Source: Oikopleura dioica
Taxonomy: Eukaryota > Animalia > Chordata
NCBI GenBank assembly: GCA_907165135.1
Contig: OU015566.1
Location: 1,550,001 to 1,614,000, forward strand
Reading direction: 5' to 3'
DNA: 64,000 bases
Shown: positions 12,061-24,900 of the stretch, in pieces
Layout: every line of letters begins with the position of its first letter
Position numbering within the stretch: position 1 is the stretch's first letter
Position numbers and translations under genes: made by a program
Notes under the pieces: generated by a model
What the model was told of the DNA's origin: nothing
The model's database searches: none
What the model saw: the letters and a program-made list of their open reading frames with translations, nothing else

Positions 12061-12786
12061 CCATTAACGCCAAAAATAGTATAAAGTGATGATTATTAAA
12101 GTATATGCTATGACCCTCATCTTTTAGCCAAGAGTAGAACGGACTATAAATAACGATTTTCGGCTCGAAATTTGCCCATTATATATGACGTTTGATTGAT
12201 AGGATGTATCTTCAACATCGGCAATTTTATTTGAAGGCTCCATTTTTATTTTTCCAGGATATATGAGTAATGGATGGCAATCGTATGACCTTCCGATACA
12301 GAAAATATCTCTAGGTCAAGGTCCGCTATTACTAATAGCCTATTAGGTATTAATTTTTCCAAAAAAAGTTTAAGAAAACTAATAACATCTTGTTGAGGCA
12401 AATTTTGTAGCTTGAATAAAGATTCAAATGAAGAAATAATTGGAACTCGTATTATTGGAAAACAATTTCGTCATGCTAAGAAGCCCTTTGTTTTTTTATC
12501 GCCCGTGAATATATTTTAGATCTGTCATCAGTTTTCAGCAAAATAAAATCAATTTAAATTATTTCAAAAAGAAAGATAAAAAGATTTTATCATTTTTTTA
12601 TATTCCAGTCAGTGAATCAGAAAATCTTCTTCCCGAATTCGGTCTTCTGAAAAAATAAGGCGATGCCTTCATCAGTTCTGGACTATGAAGCGAGTCATCG
12701 GAAGAGATGTCACTGTAGCAATGTTCACCGCCTTTTCCTTCAGTCACTTTTTCTTCATTCTCGTAGTACTGAATACGAAAGGAAAA

Positions 12787-15700
12787 TCAAAGGCTAGTGC
12801 TTTGCCATACCGAATTTGTAGCTCCACAGCAATGAACGAACTCCTCAATATTTCCGACAATCGTTCTGCTTCTTGTCCCATCAAGTTTCGCATAAAACAG
12901 ATCATTCACGAAGAAAAAAGAGTATCCATCATCGCTGCCTTCGAACGCAGCTTTAATTCTGCTTGAATATCGCAGTCCTGGAATCCCGAGTCTCCGAGTT
13001 GAAATTCTTTTCACAATTCGATTTTCCTTCTCATCGAAAATTGAGATGAAGCGGCCAGCGATCAAGTAGGTGTAGCGGCGGTAGTCGTCGTTTTTACCTG
13101 TTCTTCGGTTGATGGCTGCAGTAAGTCTAGTTTATAAGATTATTTTTGAAACTCAAATCAGCCCTTTCGGCTCGGGGTGAGTTTGGTTTTCATTAAGAAA
13201 AAGATTCAAAATTCATACGATCGAAAACGCACTATGCTTAATATTTTGAAGACAATTATGGTTTTTCAACATCAAATTCGGCCGTTATTACCTCATATTT
13301 TTTGGAAGACCCAGTTCTGTTATAGACTTTGGAAAGCCGGGGAGAATTCTATTTCCATTGTACTCCCAATATTGAGCTCCAGAAAAGAATCGGACATTAC
13401 CAGTCGACCAAGGAAGATTCAAACCATCTAAACATTTTCAGATCTCCTTTCAGAGGAAAAGAACCTGGGACCATGTAAACCGCATCAATATGCGAAGGAA
13501 GTCCAGCCCAGTAAGATTCGACTTGAAGAGGTCCTCGCATTGACCATTTTTGATCATAAAAATGATGCTCTCCCGTAATTCGCCACAATTCACGACCCTT
13601 GAAGATGAATGTCTCGGATCCCCATTGAAGAATCGAATCAAAATCGCCATCGCAAAGGGAGTTATCATCGTAATTCGGTCTCTAGAAATCTTCAACGAAA
13701 ATTCCGTGTCATTTTTTACCTCGTTGTCGTCAATGTCCGGCTTATAGGTAGTTCTTGATCTTGTTGTCCATCTTTCTGTGGTGGTAGATCTCGTTGGTCT
13801 TGTCGATTGTCTGGTAGTCGTCGTTTCCATTTCCGGGAATTTCGTCGGATGAGTCATCCTTGTCGTCGTTGTTGGCCTCGACGTCCCCGTTGGAGGGCCG
13901 TAGAGCTGTTGAATTCCGTAAATATCATCCGCCGGCATTTTGAAGTTCTTCGTGAAATGGTACGACGGATACATCACGGCTTCTGGATTATTCGAGTGCC
14001 CAAGACCAAGGCTGTGTCCAAACTCATGAACTGCGACTAGAAAGAACGAGTACTCCCCGCCATCGCAAAAGCCCCACTCTCCATCGTTATCATAATTATC
14101 CGTTGTCGCGCACCAAAGAAGATTGTCCGTTCGACCTACTGTTGTGCAACTACTGTAACTGTTTGATTGAAAAATGAAGGGAAAATGGCAGCGTTTTCCA
14201 TTCGCATTTCCTCCTATAGCATCGTTTGGGCTGAATAGAAGTCAGGAAAGGGGGAAATAATGGGACTTACTGGGCGGGGCAAAAGCCATATCTATCCTTG
14301 TCCTCGTATCTTCGATCTGGACTGCACCAGAGATACCCATCTGTTCTCCCGTCAGTTGTGCAGGAATGATAAGTCTTGCCCTGAAAATCAAAAGGGAAGT
14401 TACAAGCTTCTCCTTCCGCATTTCCGCCATATGTATAAAGCGATCCTTCTCCACAAAATCCCCATTTTTTATCTTTGTCATAATCGTACGTCAGCGAGCA
14501 CCAGGTAAAATCCGTATTTTTGTACTTCAAACAGCTTCGGTGCTCGATCCCGTCTTTTGAAAACGGAAACTTGCAGTAGTAATTTCCTCCTTCCAGATGT
14601 TTCCCGACAGCCTTTGTGATTCTTCCTTCCCCAAGCGTCCAAAATTCATCCTCGTCAAAGTGCGCGTCTCCTTCGAGATCATTTGGGTAACCAGGGTCGT
14701 TGAAGAAAGCATGGGCGAGGGTTCCATGTTGCCCGTCGAATGGATAGCCATCCCAATGATCTCCGCGGCCGAATGAGATTTTGATATCGGCCGAGTCGTC
14801 TGCTGGGCCGAGATTGACCGGGCGAAGGTTGGCGACTTTCTCCCACTCGTGGAAAGCTTTGTCTACTGTATCATCCTGGATCTCGATCGGGAGATCATTC
14901 GAGTAACCGAACATTGAGTAAGAAACTGTATTGCCTGGCCAGGCAGGGCCGCCGATCTGGTACTTTGCTGGACCAGTGTTTTTCGAACGACTTTGATTCT
15001 GACTTTCGAAATCGGGTTTTCCGCATCTCGGTTTTTCAAGAACTTCCATCAGCTGTTGATCCAGTATCCCAGTTTCTCTCAAACCATATTGCTTTTGAAT
15101 TTTTTTAACTATCCCTGGAATCGAATTTTTAGCGATTTGAGCATTCTTCTCTGTGTAGCCAAATCGCTGAGCGAAATCAAGGAGGACTTCCTCTTCCGAA
15201 AATGATTTTGAAGAAATTCTTCCTGGCGGCTCGATGTTTTTAAAGTGTTCCATGCTTCCAGGATTCAACCGGCCTCTCTTTATGTGAATCTCATCTTGCT
15301 TCTCTCCTGGCGGACCAAGATGCCCAAAATGAAGCTGTTTCGGGACCCAGTTTGGCAGGTCTCTGTTTCTAGCAGACATGGCGATCGGACCTTTTCCCGA
15401 CGACCGAAAGTAGTTTGGCAAAGTCTTCATTTTGTCCTCCAGCAGAGAAACTAGCTCATTTGTGAGGGATCTGTCCCTAGAATCAACAGAATCGGCAACA
15501 CGACTGATTTTTTCAGAAAGCGAAAGTTCATGAGGAATTCTAGCGATGATTTGGTACTGCTCAAAAATCAGCTGTTTTTCCGTCTCGGAGTAGTTTTTGA
15601 TCACTCTTGAAGCCGAAACCCCTTTAATTTCTTATCACTTTTCTCATCAAATTTTTCTACCTGGAGCACTCGGCTGCCACTGACTATTTATGGGAACTTT

Positions 15701-15787
15701 TGGACGATCTCTGAAAGATCCTGGAGCTCCTCCTCTTTGGCCATCTACCGTTGCTTCTAGAAGAAGCAGATAAAAAGATAACTTCAT
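12787..15787 (-). CDS. MMP2/9-like: Gelatinase-type matrix metalloproteinase (MMP2/MMP9-like)
   Basis: Signal peptide [12 protein letters not shown], cysteine switch PRCGKPD, catalytic domain with three fibronectin type II inserts, zinc motif [12 protein letters not shown], Met-turn VMYP, Thr-rich hinge, hemopexin repeats. Confidence 0.95.
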
Positions 15788-16364
15788 TCTTATTCTCAGA
15801 GACTCAGAACTTGACCTGAGGTTGGCCCCTAATTTGTTTGTTTGGGCACACAATCATCGTGATCATCAGATGATTTTAGGATAAATTATTTTAAGAGAAT
15901 CTGCAGAACATTATTTATCCAAGATTTTTGAATCAAGAATAAAGAAAATTGATCTTTTGATTTTGTTTTTATTTCAGAACCGCAGACAAGTCGTAACGAT
16001 GGGTCGAAATTAAAAGGCGTTGATCTTCGAATTCGAACGATTGAAGTCGGGTCAATTGGGAAGGGAAAGATGAACGACGAAAGATGTGTTTTTTTTCAGA
16101 AAAGAGTTTAAACAAAACATAAAGGAGCAATATTTATACAAGGTTGAAATTCCAAAGGATAGAAAGGTTGAAATTGATGAAGAAACAAAAAGAGCAATAA
16201 ACCTTTTTTATCAAGTCAAATCCTGATTTTTACGAGTGACATTACTCATAAACTAAAATTGATAAAAGCAATTAAAATTCCTAAAAGTGAAATTTGGAAA
16301 CAAAAAGAAGTGAATAAGCAGGCAAGCAAGTTTTTTTCTCGAACTTTGCGATTTTTTCGTTTTG

Positions 16365-16605
16365 AGCAAACTGCTCAGGGCTTCATTTTTGGCCAAGCGA
16401 TGAGCGGTATTAGAGCGGTGAGCGAAATTCCAGCGGTATATGAGCAGAGTGATAAATAAGAGCAGATAAACCTCTATTTGCTTCGACGCGAAAGCGGATT
16501 CTCGACTCTTCTCTATCACTCCGCTCGTTTACCGCTCCGATTTCGCTCAACGGTCAAATATCGCTCATCGCTCAGGAACAAGTGAAACCCATGAGCAATT
16601 TTTTA
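16365..16605. mobile_element. Degenerate foldback/MITE with ~100-bp imperfect inverted arms
   Basis: Left arm (CTCAGGGCTTCA...GCGATGAGCG...GAGCGAAAT..GAGTGAT) matches the reverse complement of the right arm at roughly three-quarters identity by eye. Confidence 0.55.
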
Positions 16606-17321
16606 AAATTTTTCAATTAAGAACTTTGATGGAAAAAAATATTTTACGAATATTTTTTTATAATAGTGCCTTGATAAAATAAAAAAGGGAAAAATAAAAC
16701 ATTATTTATATCATGTAAGAATATAAAATAGTAAAAGTCGTATTAACATAAAATAATAAACATAATTATCTGGCGGCTGGTGGAGCATTCGTGTCTTTTT
16801 TGGTGGAAAGGAGAGTTTGGATCGTTTTTGAAGAAGTTATTTTTTATCAGTATTTTCTACGAGTTCGGGGGAGTGCTTTTTTTCTTTTCAAATGGAAATG
16901 TTTTGGGCGGGCAACTCGCCCCCGGTCAACAGGGCATCCGTCGTTTCCTTTGAAGCGTCGTCGTCGCTCCAGCCGTTGCGACCAGGCACCTTTTGCGAAC
17001 ACGATTCTGAACACACATCTTTAGCGAAAAACATCACTTTCTCAGGCGGCGACAGAGGGGTTTAAGATCACTCAAAAGCTGAGAATTTTTCTATTTGGCG
17101 CACTACTATAAGAACCAGCCTCAAATGAATGTAAATTTTCGTGATATTTGCACCCTTATCCATAGTTTTTGGGGATTTGAAAAGGTCATGTGACTTCAGA
17201 TGATACTGAAAAGGAAAATCGAAGGTCTGTCAGGGCCAACTCGCCTTTTTCGTGGCTATTTGAGGTCACGTGACCTTTCAAAAGTCCTTGAATCCTCAGA
17301 AAATTGTGGAGAAGGGTCTTT

Positions 17322-18745
17322 TTAACCAAGAAATATACACAAATGTAAACCACAGTTGCTTCTACTGTAGTTTTTGGTCTTATTTCTTTGTCGGATGGAT
17401 GTGGGGAAAGTATGAAAAGTTAGCTTACCATTTGGGCTGCTGGGGATTTGCGTAAATTGCATCGATTGTTTGATTGCAATGGTCGTCTTTGATCTGCCGA
17501 TCAGCTTCACTTCGTGCCGGTACGTGTAAACATACAGAAGATAGATGAAGCAAGAGATCCACTCCGCTAAACAAGCGCTTGTTGAAAAGGTGATCAAGAA
17601 AGAGTTGCCCTACTCATTGAAGAATACATTTCCCAAGTGTAGTAGCCCTCCGTCATCTTTTCGTAAGTGATGTTGTTGCAGCCCTGGATGAGTTCTGTGA
17701 CGGTTTCCATCTCGCCCTGCGCGTTATATATGTGTTGCTTGACGACCATGGTGATGATCAAGACAGCGATGCAGACGAGGATCAACCCTGTCAGTAACAG
17801 ACGCCACCTGAATAGAGAATCGATAGATTGGGCGAAAAGCGGACTCTTTGTCCCAAAACTCAGTTTTCTGCTTTAGAAGCCTAGATAGGTAGAATGGTGT
17901 TTCTATGGCAACTATTCCCATTTTCCACCGATTAAGTGATACTTTCGTACCTGTAAATTCTCTTGAAGTAAGCACATTTAGTCTGAAGCGAGCATGTAAT
18001 AAGCGTGGTGATGCAAAAGTAGAAGCCGCCCAGGATGAAGCAAAGAAAAGCGCCGGAAAAGTGAATGTCAGCGGCTTGGTTGACTTGAAAACAGCCGATC
18101 AGCACCAGTCCCATCACGGACATCATTCCCATCCAGTAAGCGATTTGAATGAGCTACAAAAAGGGATTACTTTTGAGGGAAAACAAAGGGAAGAAAACAA
18201 ACAATCCGACCTGCTTATCGATTGCTACAAAAACGAGAAGCCGCTTGCGGCTTTGAGTTAAAATTGAAGAAGAAGCCGCATTCTACAGGCTCAACGCGGC
18301 TTCTTTTCTTATGCAAAAGTGAAAGGACTGAAGAAAAAGCTCTTGGCATCTTCTCCCAGGAATTGGCATCTTCTCCCAGGAAACGCGGATTAAGGACTTA
18401 CCTTATGTTTTGGAATGACGAGTTTCCAGACGTTGTAGACGTAGTGGACCATGTTCCCGAAGGACCATGCCTGCAGAATGCATAAAAACGCGAAGAACTG
18501 AAGCTCTGGCTGCTCGGCGCCCAGATGACTGATCTTAGGGACACGGTAGATTGACTGTACAAGGGCTCGCTCGTATATCCTTAACTTATTAAAGACGCTT
18601 GAGAAGAGGCTCTAGAGGTTCTGAAGAGACAGACAAAAGTTTGTCTCGAGTTTTCTTGCTGAATAATTGACCCTTTTTCGAGCCCTTTACAAATGACAGT
18701 TGACCCATGAGACGAGGAACAGGGATGAGTAGCCAATTACTGTAA
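17322..18745 (-). CDS. DRAM/TMEM150 (Frag1/DRAM/Sfk1) family multi-pass membrane protein; ends approximate
   Basis: PKISHLGAEQPELQFFAFL (cf. PYISDTG..PE), GLVLIGCFQV...IHFSGAFLCF, SACLAEWI motifs; ~6 hydrophobic segments over short exons. Confidence 0.75.
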
Positions 18746-19321
18746 ATATGGTTCTTCATTGAATCTTATTAAAATCGCCAGTTCGGGGGAGACGCAATTT
18801 AATTAGCCAGGACGCGAGCTTTTCTACAGGGGCAAAATAACAACAGTATAATTGATTTCGCGCTTATTAACTTTCTCGGGAACTAATGTAGAAAAAAAAA
18901 CGAAGGTTTCTTGTAGAAATTTTGATGATCAAAGAACCATTCCTGTAAAACAAATATAAAGAATAGGTAAGAGGTCCGTCCAATACCAGTTTCCCATTTT
19001 CTTCTTAGACGATTCGACATAAATTGTCCATTTTCCGAGTTTCGTAAACGAACTACATGCGATCCGATGACATGCGACAGACTACACGCGTAAATCTGAA
19101 AATACGTTAATCAAAAAACGGCTTATTTGGACAATAAGAAAGACGCTTGAAAAAAAAAGAAGAAGAAAGAAACCGCAGGTTCCGCCAGAACAGACGCCGC
19201 AAATCAATGTTTATGAGCACAACCCACTCATATTTATTGAACCCAAGTTCTGGGCTCGCAAACCTGTGCAGAAATCTGAGTCAGGGTCCTAGTCTGGGGC
19301 CAAGACTGTAGGCTTGGAAAC

Positions 19322-19455
19322 CTGTGTAGAAAACCTAACTCAGGGTCTGATAGAGCTGTGACGAAAAGCCGCGAAGCGGCTTGTTTAAATACGAAGCCGC
19401 CTGTGCGGCTTTTCGGTTCAGCTCTTTCAGACCCTGACTCAGGATTTCTACACAG
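19322..19455. repeat. Short palindromic dispersed repeat, copy 1
   Basis: 29-bp inverted ends CTGTGTAGAAAACCTAACTCAGGGTCTGA with 3 mismatches; internal hairpin AAGCCGC-GAA-GCGGCTT. Confidence 0.75.
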
Positions 19456-20171
19456 ATTGCCGAGCTCAGATCAAGACCCCTTAGAAAGACTTCAGGGAGA
19501 CTTTGTCTGTATTTCTTTCGTAACGAAAAATTCTCGATTGTTCTTATTTTTTTAAATCGCCTAGAATCAGGGATTTGTGTTTCTCGTCGCACAAGATGTT
19601 AATTTTAGCATGTTTCAAATCTGGCACTTGTGAGATCCGGATCTGAAGCCGAGAGGCATAAATCCATCAAAGCACCCGATCAACAAACAATTCAATATTC
19701 TCGTCTTTTCTTCTCATTATCCGCCTTTTTATCGGCGACAAAGACCGATTTTCGAAGCGCAAATATGAAAATAGACAAGTGCGGTTGACACTTACACGGT
19801 TTTATGCTTGATATGTTTCTCAAATAACACAATTTTACAAGTTATAAGCTAGCAGCAGCCTCTTGCCTGTCACTGAAGCCGTGACTAGTTGATGAGTTTC
19901 GAGTCAGATGACGAATATTGCCAATAACTCTGGCTGTCTGCAAAGAATAAGGCTGAACAGTCCATTGACATCTGACTTCTCGAAACGCATCATCTACTTA
20001 AGGCTCTGGGGCAGGGTTAATTGCGTAATGGAGGGTTCGATTGAGTTTGAAGTTGAACTAATGTCTCTCAAATTGTCGCTAGAATTACTGTACCTCAGCA
20101 GAACTATCGTTTAAATTTTAATAAAAAGCTAATACTGGCATTAACTTGGCTCTTGGCTCCAAACCGTTTGA

Positions 20172-20243
20172 AGAAAACCTGACTCAGGGTCCTGAAATAA
20201 AGGCTTTTCCACGTAGTTTTCGAGACTCTGAGTCAGGTTTTCT
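20172..20243. repeat. Short palindromic dispersed repeat, copy 2
   Basis: 20-bp inverted ends AGAAAACCTGACTCAGGGTC / GACTCTGAGTCAGGTTTTCT. Confidence 0.7.
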
Positions 20244-20519
20244 CCAAAGGATGCGGAGCCTCGACTTGGCTTGAATCATAGAATTCTCTTTGAAGACAGT
20301 TTTTATTGCCAGAAAAGGCAATATAGTTTTAACGCTTTATTATAAATGGTATCGCGCCATATTTGCGCGGAATGTGAAAACAAAGGAAAGCCGATCGTAA
20401 AGGCCTTAGAATCAACAAAGCTAAAATAAGTTACATAATTGTCAGGCCTTTTTCAGTCCTCAAAAGTTCAATTATTAAAACACATTCCTAAGGTACCAAT
20501 AGGCTCGGCAATCTGACTC

Positions 20520-20695
20520 AAAAAGACTGAATCATGTCCTGAATAGACCCTACTGAAAAGCCGCGTAGCGGCTTTTTCCATCAACAAAGCCGCGAAGCGG
20601 CTTCGACTGAACTCTAACTTTCACTCAAGTCTTTTTTGACGGACCAATTCGCGGCTTTTCTAGAAAGCTTTTTCAAAACCCTGACTCAGGTTCTG
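20520..20695. repeat. Short palindromic dispersed repeat, copy 3
   Basis: Hairpins AAAAGCCGC-GTA-GCGGCTTTT and AAGCCGC-GAA-GCGGCTT; end CCCTGACTCAGGTT. Confidence 0.65.
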
Positions 20696-21079
20696 CCCAG
20701 TTTGTCTCAATTTAATATTTACCACAAATCTTCACCAACTGATTTTCAGAACAAAATTCTCCTTGAACAAAATATTCTCTTTTTCCCCTTTATTTTCTCT
20801 GCAATATTTTCTATTTTGGCTATTTTGAATTTGAAGGTGGATATTTGAAACGCGAGGTGACTCTGTCTCGCGGTGAAATGGCTTTTGGCGTCCCGAAGTG
20901 GTGCGCTGAGCCGATCGGATTGGCTCAGCCGAGACCAACCCTACCGCGCCACTGAGGGGCCCTGGAGCCCAATTTCGTCTCAGAATTCTGCCAGAAAACG
21001 GGGAGCAAAGCCCTGTCCAGGGTTAATGAGCCACTTGAGATTCCTCCTAGCAGCTCAATTTTTTTTCTAGATTGATGAC

Positions 21080-21270
21080 TGAAATATTCAGTCTATTATT
21101 GTTATTAATTATAGTTAAATTAATTATAAATATATTAATTTTATTTTTTTTTATTATTTATTATAAAAATATAGTAAATATAAAATATATTAAATAATAT
21201 TTAATTTAATTTAATAAATATAAAATATATTAAATATAATTAGAAAAAAAAATAAACTAATTATTGAAAA
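21080..21270. repeat. Near-pure A/T low-complexity tract
   Basis: Almost no G/C over ~190 bp. Confidence 0.8.
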
Positions 21271-21983
21271 CAGATTGATACTATGCTCCTCATTGTGTTA
21301 GAAAATCTTTTGAAGGAAAGAGATTGATTATCTAAATTATTAAAAAACCTCATACTTGCGACACGGAGCCGTCGATATTGATCATCAACACCTTGTTTTT
21401 TCTTTTCCTATTTTTTTCAAAATCGAGAATGTTAAATTTTCAAGATCTTTCGCTGCCCGTGACGATTGGAGGTCTTATTCTATTGTTCTTGTAAGTTCCT
21501 TTGGGAGTTCTGAAGATACTAACAGTTTTGTTTCTAGCGCTGGAGTTTGTGTCGAAACTTGTTACTTCTATCGTTTGAGAAAAAGGTTGAATTATTTGCG
21601 AAGAGATGAGTTTGAGTGCTACAAATAAAATTCAAAGTTCTTTGAATTGTTTTTTATTTTGAAAGATATTTAATAAAACAGCAAATATTATATTTTAACA
21701 GTTTTTGAAAAATAAAGCGACCGAAAAATATTGTAACTAGTAGCTCTGATTTGGCTTCATTTTTGAGTATACGAGCATTGTCGAGCCGTGTTTATATATT
21801 GTCATCCCTCTCAGCAGGAGATCAACATTTGGATCGATCTAAGTTTCCATAAAATTGTTGGTCAAATTTTGCCTTCTGCTTGAACGAGCCATTCTGACTA
21901 CAACAAATCAAAACACCACGATTGGAATAAAATTGCAGTAAATTTTTCAAGTCATCATCAAATAAATGAGAACATAGAGTTTA

Positions 21984-24900
21984 TTATTGCGACAGTCCCA
22001 ATTTCAATGAATGAATTTCGCGATCAACAGCATCCAGTTCAATTTCAAGCTGATCCTTTCGTTGTCTCGCTTTATGTCTGCTTGCACCATCAGTGCCAGA
22101 ATCGAGCATGCGGAGGGAGCGAGAAAGTTCGGAGCGTTTTTGTTTCATTGATTTTAATTCGTGTTCCATCGAGTCGTATTGTTTCAGACGGCTGGCGAAG
22201 CGGTTTGCTACAGTATTTACTGAAAGAAGATTCAATTCTGTGCTCTGCGATCCTGTCTGGAAACCTGAGTCAGGGTCCAAAAAGCGGCTTTTCCAAAAAA
22301 AAGCCGCAAAAATCATTGTCAAACGGTCCCACGCGGCTTATCCCTTCAAGCATTTTCAGGACCCTGACTAAGGTTTCTACTCAGGTTTTTGACATTTTCT
22401 ACCTTGATTTTCAGGCCAAGCATCAGAAGTCACAGAATTCTCCCGTGGTGATCGTTTCGGGCTTCTCGTCGCCAAGTCCCAGTTCGAGTGCGATTTCTGA
22501 ACAAGTTTTCATTTTTTAATTACAATTTTCTAACAGTGAGTCCAGTCGAATTTCGCTGAGAAGTTGATCTGGTCGACAATCGAGAAATCTGAGAAAGATT
22601 GGAAATTGACTTCGTTTTCGACAAATTCGTCCGGATCGAGTTGCCAGTAGTCGTTGTTGTTTTCGTCGAGCGGCGGCTTTCGGCGAGCGAAGATAGGGAC
22701 ATTCTAGAGCCATATCGCGGAAGATAATTTGGGACTTCTTGCTGCTTTGGTTTCTTTGGGCTGCCAAGTTGACGATTTGGGTATTTTGGAGTGGAAGGTG
22801 AATTGAGGCTCAAGTTGTGCATCGAAACTGATGATGAAAGATCAAGCCTAGATTGAAAATACAGTCATTCTTACGAATCTGTTTAGTACCTTGGAGACCA
22901 GTAATTTGATCCGCGCAAGTCTTCGCTTTCGTAGCTTGAATCGTTCGAAATTAGGTACCCGCTGAAGTCAGAATGGTCATTTTTGGTCATCAATTTTTGT
23001 TGTTCTTTCAGCCCAAAACTGATTAGGTACACCAGGGACTACTTTTTAGTCCAAGAAAAAATAATTTTTTTTTTGAAAAATTTTCCACGTGACCATTTTC
23101 TTAGGAATAAATCATGTTTTTTGGCTCCCATTTGTAACCCCATCCCACCCCATCTTTGAAATAGGTACAGATCGAAAGAGCGTAAAAAACGCTTTCCAAA
23201 TATGTTATTCATCGAACGGCCAGAAGCGGCCGAAAAATTCTAGAGCCAAAAGAAACCTGAAAATTCAAAATTTTCGTCGAGCCCCGGTGTTCGAATCCCG
23301 ACGATGACACTTTTTTTCGGAGCGTATTTATTCTGTTTTTTCTTCAAAAAGAATACTTTTGGACCGAAAACTGAAAAAATTGACATCTTGAGGTCGCTAG
23401 AGAGCATTTCCAAAAGAAATTAATTCAGAATAACTTCTTAATCTTCTAAATAGTAGAAATTAAGAAAAAAAAAACACCATAATTTACAGAACCGGAAAAA
23501 ACACCAGGGAAAAATATTCAAACGGGTGCGGGTGGGGTTGGGGAAAGGGCTTCTGTCTTCTCATCCCGGCCAATGTCAAGCCCATTTTTAATTGAAAGCC
23601 AGGGAAGGGGGCTGAGACGGCCCTTCGGGCCGTCAAGCCCATTTTTAATTGAAAGCCAGGGAAGGGGGCTGAGACGGCCCTTCGGGCCGTCAAGCCCATC
23701 TTTAATTGAAAGCCAGGGAAGGGGGCTGAGACGGCCCTTCGGGCCGTCAAGCCCATTTTTAATTGAAAGCCAGGGAAGGGGGCTGAGACGGCCCTTCGGG
23801 CCGTCAAGCCCATTTTTAATTGAAAGCCAGGGAAGGGGGCTGAGACGGCCCTTCGGGCCGTCAAGCCCATTTTTAATTGAAAGCCAGGGAAGGGGGCTGA
23901 GACGGCCCTTCGGGCCGTCAAGCCCATCTTTAATTGAAAGCCAGGGAAGGGGGCTGAGACGGCCCTTCGGGCCGTCAAGCCCATTTTTAATTGAAAGCCA
24001 GGGAAGGGGGCTGAGACGGCCCTTCGGGCCGTCAAGCCCATTTTTAATTGAAAGCCAGGGAAGGGGGCTGAGACGGCCCTTCGGGCCGTCAAGCCCATTT
24101 TTAATTGAAAGCCAGGGAAGGGGGCTGAGACGGCCCTTCGGGCCGTCAAGCCCATTTTTAATTGAAAGCCAGGGAAGGGGGCTGAGACGGCCCTTCGGGC
24201 CGTCAATCCCATTTTTAATTGAAAGCCAGGGAAGGGGGCTGAGACGGCCCTTCGGGCCGTCAATCCCATTTTTAATTGAAAGCCAGGGAAGGGGGCTGAG
24301 ACGAAAGCCAGGAAGGGGGCTTCGGGCCGTCAATCCCATTTTTAATTGAAAGCCAGGGAAGAGGGGCTGAGACGGCCCTTCGGGCCGTCAAGCCCATTTT
24401 TAATTGAAAGCCAGGGAAGGGGGCTGAGACGGCCCTTCGGGCCGTCAATCCCATTTATAATTGAAAGCCAGGGAAGGGGCTGAGACGGCCCTTCGGGCCG
24501 TCAATCCCATTTTTAATTGAAAGCCAGGGAAGGGGGCTGAGACGGCCCTTCGGGCCGTCAATCCCATTTTTAATTGAAAGCCAGGAAGGGGGCTGAGACG
24601 GCCCTTCGGGCCGTCAAGCCCATTTTTAATTGAAAGCCAGGGAAGGGGCTGAGACGGCCCTTCGGGCCGTCAAGCCCATTTTTAATTGAAAGCCAGGGAA
24701 GGGGCTGAGACGGCCCTTCGGGCCGTCAAGCCCATTTTTAATTGAAAGCCAGGAAGGGGGCTGAGACGGCCCTTCGGGCCGTCAAGCCCATTTTTAATTG
24801 AAAGCCAGGGAAGGGGGCTGAGACGGCCCTTCGGGCCGTCAAGCCCATTTTTAATTGAAAGCCAGGGAAGGGGGCTGAGACGGCCCTTCGGGCCGTCAAT

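Noticed and set aside
21356-21628. 90-codon plus-strand ORF after the AT-rich tract
   Set aside because: Non-ATG start, no homology recognised and no clear exon structure.
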